A stretch of DNA of 14,402 nt from Candidatus Iainarchaeum sp. (GCA_903916665.1 CAIWXP010000131.1:1-14402); one strand, 5' to 3'; shown: positions 6,420 through 12,827, counted from the first letter of the stretch. Notes: generated by a model not told the origin, from the sequence alone. Made by a program: numbers and translations.

Positions 6420-8018
6420 TTATTCTAAAGTGGCTTTTAATAATCCGTAGAATAAAGGATTAGGTTGTTCGAATTTAGATTTTAATTCAGGATGTGCTTG
6501 AGTTGCAATAAAGTATTTATGTTGGTCTTGGGGCAATTCAATATATTCAACTAGTTTTCCATTTGGGGACTTACCTGATAATATTAAACCAGCATCTTCT
6601 AATATTTTGTGATATTCTGGATTAACTTCATATCTATGTCTATGTCTTTCAGAAACATCACAGCAACCATATAATTTACAGGCCAAAGAATTAGGTTTTA
6701 AATTTGCTAATTGTGAGCCTAGACGCATTGTTGCTCCTTTTTTATCAATGTTTTTTTGCTCGGGTAAAATATCTATTATTGGATTTTTAGTTTCTGGATT
6801 TATTTCTGTACTGTTTGCATCTTTTAAACCACAAACATTTCTTGCAAATTCAATCGTTGCTAATTGTAAACCAAAACATAATCCTAAAAATGGAATATTA
6901 TTTTCTCTCACATATCTAATAACGTTTATTTTTCCTTCTGTTCCTCTTGATCCAAATCCACCTGGAACAATAATTGCATCAATACCTTTTAATTTTGTTT
7001 TTGCTTGTTCATAGGTCAATTCACTTGTATCTAACCAAACAATTTCTGGTTTAATACTCAAATGTGCAGATGCGTGATTAATACTTTCAATAACACTTGC
7101 ATAGGAATCGTGCAAAGTAGTATATTTTCCTGCAATCAATATTTTCTTTTTTATTTTTGCAGTTTTCATTTTGTTTAATAGGTCTTTCCATAAATTCATT
7201 TTATCTTTATAACCAGTTAATTTTAATTTAGCACCAATTTTTTTATCTAAATGTTCTTTTGCAAAATTAATTGGAATATCATATATGTTTGAAACGTCTG
7301 GTGCAGAAATAATGTGTTCGTCATCTAAATTAGAATACATTCCAATCTTTTCTTTTATTGCTGAACTTAAAGGATCTTTTGCTCGGCCTAAAATAAAATC
7401 AGGAAATATTCCCGCTTCCATTAGTAAATGAACACTTTGTTGAGTAGGTTTACTTTTTTGTTCCCCTACATTGCTTAACATAGGCACATAGGTTAAATGA
7501 ATAAAAATAACATTATCTTTTCCAAATTTCATTTGTAACTGTCTTACTGCTTCAACATAGAATGCATTTTCTAAGTCTCCTATAGTTCCACCAATTTCTA
7601 TTACACAAATATCTGCATTTTCTTTTTCTGGTAATCTGATAAAATTTTCTAATATTTCGTTTGTTACGTGTGGAATAAATTGGATTGTTTTGCCCAAAAA
7701 TTTTCCTTCTCTTTCTTTTTCGATAATTCTACTTAATATTTTTCCCATGGTTAAATTCCATGAAAATTTAGTTGTAATATTTAGGAATCTTTCATAGTGT
7801 CCAAAGTCCATATCTACTTCGCCACCATCATCCATTACAAATACTTCTCCATGTTCTATGGGATTCATTGTGCCAGGGTCAACATTAAGATAGCCATCAC
7901 ATTTAATTGGCATAACTTTTAAATCATAATTAGTTTGAATTAGTTTTGCTATTGATGCAGCAGCAACCCCTTTTCCTATACCACTAACTACTCCACCTGT
8001 AACAACAATATATTTCAT
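6420..8018 (-). CDS. pyrG: CTP synthase (glutamine-hydrolysing)
   Basis: The N-terminus is MKYIVVTGGVVSGIGKG (synthetase P-loop). The GATase domain has GLCFGLQ (nucleophile Cys) and HRHRYEVN. At 532 aa the protein is full length. Confidence 0.97.
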   Translation of the reverse strand: MKYIVVTGGVVSGIGKGVAAASIAKLIQTNYDLKVMPIKCDGYLNVDPGTMNPIEHGEVFVMDDGGEVDMDFGHYERFLNITTKFSWNLTMGKILSRIIEKEREGKFLGKTIQFIPHVTNEILENFIRLPEKENADICVIEIGGTIGDLENAFYVEAVRQLQMKFGKDNVIFIHLTYVPMLSNVGEQKSKPTQQSVHLLMEAGIFPDFILGRAKDPLSSAIKEKIGMYSNLDDEHIISAPDVSNIYDIPINFAKEHLDKKIGAKLKLTGYKDKMNLWKDLLNKMKTAKIKKKILIAGKYTTLHDSYASVIESINHASAHLSIKPEIVWLDTSELTYEQAKTKLKGIDAIIVPGGFGSRGTEGKINVIRYVRENNIPFLGLCFGLQLATIEFARNVCGLKDANSTEINPETKNPIIDILPEQKNIDKKGATMRLGSQLANLKPNSLACKLYGCCDVSERHRHRYEVNPEYHKILEDAGLILSGKSPNGKLVEYIELPQDQHKYFIATQAHPELKSKFEQPNPLFYGLLKATLE

Positions 8019-8034
8019 ATTTATCCCAGAAATA

Positions 8035-8047
8035 TTTTTATAAAAAA
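8035..8047 (-). promoter_or_regulatory. Candidate pyrG TATA box (palindromic TTTTTATAAAAA)
   Basis: It is centred about 23 nt upstream of the pyrG ATG (8018-8016), which implies a leaderless or very short-leader mRNA. Confidence 0.4.
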
Positions 8048-8062
8048 TTAAAAAACGAATTT

Positions 8063-8214
8063 AAAAACAAAAAAAGAGAAAGTGTTTTTAAACTAATTGA
8101 TGTATATTATCTAACACTCGTGCCCTACTTTTTTAATACTATACATAAAGAAATAAATTTTAAACAGACAAGCAATTCAAAATTTATTTCATATACATCA
8201 AAAGCTCTTCCCAT
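8063..8214 (-). other. Candidate small independent transcription unit: either a structured ncRNA or a 29-codon sORF (8125-8214, MGRAFDVYEINFELLVCLKFISLCIVLKK)
   Basis: A TATA-like ATATATATTT (minus strand, 8231-8243) is centred about 25 nt upstream of the sORF ATG (8214-8212). An 11-bp long-range inverted repeat pairs 8097-8107 with 8191-8201. The run ends in minus-strand T-tracts (T7 and T5 at 8063-8075). There is no homology support. Confidence 0.2.
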
Positions 8215-8243
8215 CGAAGCCGTTTTGATGCAAATATATATGA

Positions 8244-8275
8244 TAAAAAAAATAAAATAAAAAAAGAAGAAAAAG
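8244..8275 (-). terminator. Oligo-T termination tract downstream of the pilin-like operon
   Basis: Just after the TAA stop (8291-8289), the minus strand reads ...CTTTTTCTTCTTTTTTTATTTTATTTTTTTT. Runs of T are the known archaeal termination signal. Confidence 0.4.
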
Positions 8276-8288
8276 ATTTTTGAAAGAA

Positions 8289-8477
8289 TTATTTTGTTGT
8301 TGTTCCAGCTGTGGGCGCTGCAACTGGTTGTGCCTTTGCAACGTTTACACTATCTTTAAACATGGGTTTTATTACCCCAATTAAAACAACAGCAACAATT
8401 GCAGCAATAAGAATCATGTAAAGAGTATTCATATTGCCCTGTGCTTTTCTTTCTTTCAAAAATTTATTAAATGACAT
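8289..8477 (-). CDS. Small class III signal peptide (archaeal type IV pilin-like) protein
   Basis: The protein is MSFNKFLKERKAQG|NMNTLYMILIAAIVAVVLIGV. It has a short basic N-terminus, a QG cleavage-type motif and then an uninterrupted hydrophobic helix. At 62 aa with an Ala/Pro/Thr-rich tail it resembles the small archaeal pilin-like proteins. Confidence 0.65.
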   Translation of the reverse strand: MSFNKFLKERKAQGNMNTLYMILIAAIVAVVLIGVIKPMFKDSVNVAKAQPVAAPTAGTTTK

Positions 8478-8484
8478 GTCTTAT

Positions 8485-8988
8485 CTATCCTACTTGTGGA
8501 GTTATAATTACATAGCACATAAATTTAGGGTCTGATTGTATATCACTACCACAACCTTCTCCTACTGTTGTTGGAAATGTAAAATCTGTACTAACTATTC
8601 CTTCACCACACATTACAAAAACTTTATTTTGCTGGTTACTAGTTCCTTTGAATGTAATTCCATTTTTTGCATCAGCAGTTACATTGGCAGGATCATTACA
8701 AGTTAAGAATGTCAATGCATCACTAACATCTGTTTTTTGAGAAACTGATTTTGCAGGTATTGAATTTTCAGTTTTTGTAAATGTTACTGTTTCAGATCTT
8801 AATGAGAATGGAGTGTTCATTGCATCCTTAACTAGGTTTATGGTTGTATCAATTGGCTTTTTACCACTATTGAATCCAATTCCACCTAAAACACTTAGCA
8901 AAAGACCTAAAATTGCCAAAGATACCAAAGCAGCAATCAATAAATTAAAAACACTTGAACTTTGACCTTTTCTATCAAACTTAAACAT
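8485..8988 (-). CDS. Archaeal type IV pilin-like or secreted surface protein with a class III signal peptide and a 4-Cys C-terminal domain
   Basis: The protein begins MFKFDRKGQSSSVFNLLIAALVSLAILGLLLSVLGG, which is an [KR]GQS prepilin-peptidase-type site followed by a hydrophobic helix. The C-terminal domain has Cys in TCNDP, VMCGEG, GEGCGSD and KFMCYV. It is preceded by a GGAGG SD. Confidence 0.7.
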   Translation of the reverse strand: MFKFDRKGQSSSVFNLLIAALVSLAILGLLLSVLGGIGFNSGKKPIDTTINLVKDAMNTPFSLRSETVTFTKTENSIPAKSVSQKTDVSDALTFLTCNDPANVTADAKNGITFKGTSNQQNKVFVMCGEGIVSTDFTFPTTVGEGCGSDIQSDPKFMCYVIITPQVG

Positions 8989-8994
8989 AATTAT

Positions 8995-8999
8995 CCTCC
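8995..8999 (-). promoter_or_regulatory. Shine-Dalgarno site (GGAGG) of the pilin-like operon
   Basis: The plus-strand CCTCC at 8995-8999 reads as GGAGG on the minus strand, 6 nt upstream of ATG 8988. A TATA-like TTTTATATATAG (minus strand, 9021-9032) would give a leader of about 13 nt. Confidence 0.5.
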
Positions 9000-9136
9000 A
9001 ATATTAATAATATAAATTAACTATATATAAAACCCTAAGCTTTAAAAAGATATCCTGGCTATATTTTTCTATACCTTTTTATTCAGGTTTTTTTAAAGCA
9101 AATATTTTTGCATTTTTATATTAATTAGTGATTATA

Positions 9137-9775
9137 ATGCGTATTTCTGAGATACAACGAAAGATTGCAGTTTTATTGTTGGTAGAACCGAAGACAATAG
9201 AAGAAATAAACAAGCAATTAGATTTAGGATTTGAAGCAATAACTGGTGAAGTAAACAACATGCTTAAGATGGGTCTGGCAAAGAAAACCAATGAATACCC
9301 CACAAGATATGTTTTGGACGATTACATTATCTCTGAATTGAAGAAAAGAAAGGATATTTCTGAAAAGGATTCCTATAAGATAAAAGTTCAAATGATTATG
9401 GATGTTGAAGGGATAGTAAAAGAAGTTGTAGATAAGCATTTAGACAATATTAAAATTTTATTAGATAAAGAAAAAGATATTACAATCTATGATATTAAAA
9501 AGTCTGATTTATTAGACCAAGATAATTCTTATTTTGGTTACATTGATGTTACATGTACAGTTAAAGATTTCGCAGCTTTAATTAGATTGGTAATGTATTA
9601 CAGCCCAAGTTCAATTGAAGTATTAGCACCAACAAAATATGATGTTTCAATGTATGAATTACAGGATGGCTTAATTGAATTAAGTCAAAGAACACAAACT
9701 TACATTAAAGAATTACAAAAAAGATTAACAAAAGAAGAAGCACAATTAGCAATGCAAAAATTTTACAAAAATTAA
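9137..9775 (+). CDS. Winged-helix (wHTH) DNA-binding protein with an uncharacterised C-terminal domain
   Basis: The N-terminus MRISEIQRKIAVLLLVEPKTIEEINKQLDLGFEAITGEVNNMLKMGLAKKTNEYPTRYVL resembles an ArsR/MarR-type wHTH. I do not recognise the remaining ~140 aa. The ATG at 9137 is preferred over the track GTG at 9128. A TATA-like TTTTTATATTA lies at 9112-9122. Confidence 0.6.
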   Translation: MRISEIQRKIAVLLLVEPKTIEEINKQLDLGFEAITGEVNNMLKMGLAKKTNEYPTRYVLDDYIISELKKRKDISEKDSYKIKVQMIMDVEGIVKEVVDKHLDNIKILLDKEKDITIYDIKKSDLLDQDNSYFGYIDVTCTVKDFAALIRLVMYYSPSSIEVLAPTKYDVSMYELQDGLIELSQRTQTYIKELQKRLTKEEAQLAMQKFYKN

Positions 9776-9794
9776 ACCTTTTTGAAAAGGGTTC

Positions 9795-9868
9795 GGGGCG
9801 GTAGCTCAGTCCGGAAGAGCAACAGGCTGAAGACCTGTGTGTCGGGGGTCCAAATCCCCCTTGCCCCA
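9795..9868 (+). tRNA. tRNA-Phe (anticodon GAA), with no encoded CCA
   Basis: Folding by hand gives a cloverleaf:
- acceptor: GGGGCGG / TTGCCCC (5 Watson-Crick pairs plus 2 G-U)
- D arm: GCTC-AGTCCGGAA-GAGC
- anticodon arm: ACAGG-CTGAAGA-CCTGT (GAA, with G37)
- variable loop: GTGTC
- T arm: GGGGG-TCCAAAT-CCCCC
- discriminator: A

The gene is followed by the T-rich sequence TATTTCTTTTTTT. Confidence 0.85.
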
Positions 9869-9921
9869 TATTTCTTTTTTTAAATACAATTTACTTTATA
9901 TTATTTTTAGTCTGTGATTTT

Positions 9922-11313
9922 ATGGTTGAAGTTAAAGAAAAAGTTGCTTTTAGTTCTGTTATTGCTAGTGTAGTGTTAACAATAACTAAATTTATTGTAG
10001 GAATATTAACTGGCAGTATTGGAATATTATCTGAAGCCGCACATTCTTTATTGGATTTTGGTGCTGCATTATTAACTTATTTTACTGTTAGAATTTCTGA
10101 TAAGCCTGCAGATAAAAAACATAATTTTGGCTATGCAAAAATGGAAAGTATTTCTGCATTGATAGAAACAGGATTATTATTTTTAACTAGTTTTTGGATA
10201 ATTTATGAATCAATAAAAAGATTATTTTTTGCCAGTGTTGAAGTTAATGTAACCTGGTATGCTTTTGCAGTTGTTATTTTGTCAATTATTATTGATATTT
10301 CAAGATCTAGAGCATTAAAGAAAGTAGCAAAAGAAACTAAGAGTCAAGCATTGGAAGCAGATGCTTTGCATTTTTCATCTGATATATTAAGTTCATTGGT
10401 TGTTTTATTAGGTTTAATTTTGATGTCCTTTGGCATTAATGGTGCCGATGCTATTGCTGCTTTATTTGTTGCATTATTTGTTATGCATGCAGGATATACA
10501 ATGGGAAAAAGAACTATTAAGGTTCTAATGGATGCTGCTCCAGAAGGAACAATAGAAACTTTGGAAGATCAAATTAGAAAAGTGGAAGGGGTATTGGAAA
10601 TAAAAAAATTAAGAGTAAGACCTGCTGGAACAACTTTATTTATTGATTTGACAATAGATGTTAATAGAAAATTAACCACTGAACAAGTTTATATCATAAA
10701 AAGAAATGTTGAAGAAAAAATCAAAGCAAAAATATCCGATGTTGATTTATTAATAAATGCAATTCCAATTAGTGTTAAGACAGAAACCATTGTTGAAAGA
10801 ATTCACATGTTAGTTGAGAATCATAGTTTAGAAGCTCATAATGTTTATGTTCATACCGATGACAATTCTAAAACAACAGTTAATTTTGATTTGGAAGTAA
10901 ATAAAAATATGGATTTAAATGAAGCACATAAATTGGCGTGTCATATTGAAAACAAATTGTATAAAGAATTTGGAAAAGATTTAGAAATATATATTCATTT
11001 AGATCCCGTTGGAGTAAATATTAAAAAATGTGTTCCAATTAGCGAATTTGAAATTAAAAAAATAGAAAAGATAATAGATGGTGTAAAAGAAAAATTTAAA
11101 TTTGCGCATCATATTCATGATTTAAATATAAAAAAATCTGATGGGAAATATATTATTTCTTTACATTGTGTTGTAGTTAGTAACATGTCCGTTGAAACTG
11201 CACATAATTATTCAAATGATATTCAAAAGTATATTAATTCTAAGTTAGATAATGTTGAACACGTTTTTGTTCACATGGAACCTAAAGACTGGATTGAAAA
11301 ACATAATCATTAA
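9922..11313 (+). CDS. Cation diffusion facilitator (CDF) divalent-metal efflux transporter with an extended, apparently triplicated cytoplasmic C-terminal domain
   Basis: The transmembrane domain carries the CDF site-A motifs AAHSLLD (TM2) and ALHFSSD (TM5). The canonical length is about 300 aa, whereas this protein is 463 aa. Three consecutive CTD-like units end in INAIP, IHLDP and VHMEP. Confidence 0.9.
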   Translation: MVEVKEKVAFSSVIASVVLTITKFIVGILTGSIGILSEAAHSLLDFGAALLTYFTVRISDKPADKKHNFGYAKMESISALIETGLLFLTSFWIIYESIKRLFFASVEVNVTWYAFAVVILSIIIDISRSRALKKVAKETKSQALEADALHFSSDILSSLVVLLGLILMSFGINGADAIAALFVALFVMHAGYTMGKRTIKVLMDAAPEGTIETLEDQIRKVEGVLEIKKLRVRPAGTTLFIDLTIDVNRKLTTEQVYIIKRNVEEKIKAKISDVDLLINAIPISVKTETIVERIHMLVENHSLEAHNVYVHTDDNSKTTVNFDLEVNKNMDLNEAHKLACHIENKLYKEFGKDLEIYIHLDPVGVNIKKCVPISEFEIKKIEKIIDGVKEKFKFAHHIHDLNIKKSDGKYIISLHCVVVSNMSVETAHNYSNDIQKYINSKLDNVEHVFVHMEPKDWIEKHNH

Positions 11314-11323
11314 ATATAATTAG

Positions 11324-12400
11324 TTATAATCTCTTTTTCAATTCTGAAATTATATATTCTTTTTTATCCAATGGTCCTGCACAGCCAGCTGCAAAATTAT
11401 GACCACCACCATTAAATCCAGAAAGTTTTGATTTTAAATCATTTACAAAATCTAATAATTTAACATCAGAACTTCTTAAACTGCATGAAAAAGTATTTTT
11501 TCTTTCAATACAAATTACTTTAGTATAATCAGAATACATTAATTCTAGAATATTTAAGATATATTTTTTTATTTCTTTTTTATTTTTTGGCATGTTTATT
11601 ATAATACATTTTTTGCTATGATCTATAATTGCGCCATCTAGTATTTCTTTTGTACATTCTAATTCCAATTTTTCTATATCTAATATTCTTTTCACATGTT
11701 CATTAGAAAAATAAAAAAACCCAGATAGATCATTTTTTGTGTTATTTAATAGATGCTCAAAAAGAGAAATTTCTTCACCGTCTTTTTCATAAATACATTG
11801 TAGGTTTTGAAAAATATCAAAAATAATTGGTTTAATTAATATTGAATTACTCATAAATAATTCTTTATCACTGGTGGTGGTATGTAAATAGGGTAGCGAA
11901 GCGTAAACCATAAAATCACTGGCAGCGCCAATAAATGCAATTTTTTTTAATAATTGATTTTCACCAAACAAATAATAGTATAGTTCATAGATTATTGCAG
12001 ATGCAGATGGTAGATCATTTGGATCAACAACCCAAGCAGGATTTAATATATAGGCTTTATCTTTATCCCCACTTATATGGTGATCAAACACAAAAACATT
12101 TTTATTTTCGAGTTCTTTGTAACTATCAAAACAATAATCTAACAAAATTATATTATCATAGCTTTGAAATGTTTTTAAAATTTCAGGGTCTTTATTATAT
12201 TCACTTCTATAGGAATCTCTAGCAACATCTAAAAAAAAGTCTTTATTGTATTGTTGACCGTATTTTTCTAAAATTCGTGAAAAAATTAAAGCTGATGTTA
12301 TTCCATCAGCATCGTAGTGTGCAATTAATAGAGTTTTTCCTTTGATAGTTGACAGAAAATTTTTAATTAAAAAATAATGCTTTTCAAAGTCAACTTTCAA
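11324..12400 (-). CDS. DHH/DHHA1-family phosphoesterase (archaeal RecJ/GAN- or NrnA-like)
   Basis: The motifs are IAHYDADGITS (DxD), FVFDHHIS (DHH) and FNGGGHNFAAGC (the DHHA1 GGGH motif). The only available in-frame start is TTG at 12400-12398, because an in-frame TGA lies at 12409-12407. That start is 10 nt after the rpl44e stop. Confidence 0.8.
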   Translation of the reverse strand: MKVDFEKHYFLIKNFLSTIKGKTLLIAHYDADGITSALIFSRILEKYGQQYNKDFFLDVARDSYRSEYNKDPEILKTFQSYDNIILLDYCFDSYKELENKNVFVFDHHISGDKDKAYILNPAWVVDPNDLPSASAIIYELYYYLFGENQLLKKIAFIGAASDFMVYASLPYLHTTTSDKELFMSNSILIKPIIFDIFQNLQCIYEKDGEEISLFEHLLNNTKNDLSGFFYFSNEHVKRILDIEKLELECTKEILDGAIIDHSKKCIIINMPKNKKEIKKYILNILELMYSDYTKVICIERKNTFSCSLRSSDVKLLDFVNDLKSKLSGFNGGGHNFAAGCAGPLDKKEYIISELKKRL

Positions 12401-12410
12401 AGTAGGTCAC

Positions 12411-12692
12411 TTATACCAATTCTGCCTTCTTTTTGGCTTTATTACCTGCAACATAGTATTTCTTTGCGTTACAAACTATACAGGTAGCTACGAAAACTGG
12501 TTTTTTACTTTGCTTTTTAATATGAACAACAAATCTTGATTTTCCACCATAACCTTTGTTATGCTTTGCTTCGTGCTTTCTTGCGTGCTTTTTCAAAATA
12601 GATTTTGAACCTTCTTTGAATAGCTTTAATTTATGCACACTGTGCTTTTTACATTTCTTACAAAATAATTTAATTTCTTTAGGTATCTTCAT
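12411..12692 (-). CDS. rpl44e: 50S ribosomal protein L44e (eL42)
   Basis: The protein MKIPKEIKLFCKKCKKHSVHKL...KGYGGKSR...VATCIVCNAKKY has a CxxC...CxxC zinc ribbon and a basic composition, and at 93 aa it is characteristic of L44e/eL42. A GGTGA SD (minus strand, 12703-12699) lies 6 nt upstream of the ATG. Confidence 0.93.
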   Translation of the reverse strand: MKIPKEIKLFCKKCKKHSVHKLKLFKEGSKSILKKHARKHEAKHNKGYGGKSRFVVHIKKQSKKPVFVATCIVCNAKKYYVAGNKAKKKAELV

Positions 12693-12818
12693 AAAAATTC
12701 ACCACTAAATAGGTACTTTTGTGTATCAAAGTAACCTTTATATACACTAAGTATATATATTTTTAACTTATACTATATTAATGAGCTAAATATTTAAAAA
12801 GGCTCTGTTTAAAATTAA

Positions 12819-12823
12819 GGTGA
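12819..12823 (+). promoter_or_regulatory. Shine-Dalgarno site (GGTGA) of the membrane-protein/smc transcription unit
   Basis: The sequence reads AAGGTGAgactATG, placing GGTGA 4 nt upstream of ATG 12828. It mirrors the GGTGA upstream of the divergent rpl44e. Confidence 0.45.
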
Positions 12824-12827
12824 GACT

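Noticed and set aside
6748-7014. 88-aa plus-strand ORF inside pyrG
   Set aside because: It is antisense to the unambiguous CTP synthase gene and is a shadow ORF.
8090-8245. C/D-box sRNA in the long intergenic region, prompted by repeated TGATG strings
   Set aside because: The sequences TGATGT and TGATGC do not complete the RUGAUGA C-box. I found no CUGA D-box on either strand in this interval, so the C/D architecture is not supported.
9121-9439. Two minus-strand ORFs (60 aa and 71 aa) overlapping the wHTH gene
   Set aside because: Both are antisense to the longer, better-structured plus-strand CDS, and neither has a promoter or RBS context. One would also run across the plus-strand gene's promoter.
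9777-9790. CCTTTT/AAAAGG hairpin as a terminator for the wHTH gene
   Set aside because: The stem is 5-6 A/T-rich base pairs with a minimal loop, no T-tract follows it, and the tRNA begins 4 nt later. It is more likely incidental or part of the tRNA 5' leader.
11935-12222. 95-aa plus-strand ORF inside the DHH gene
   Set aside because: It is antisense to a CDS that carries the DHH and GGGH motifs, and its own translation has no recognisable motif.
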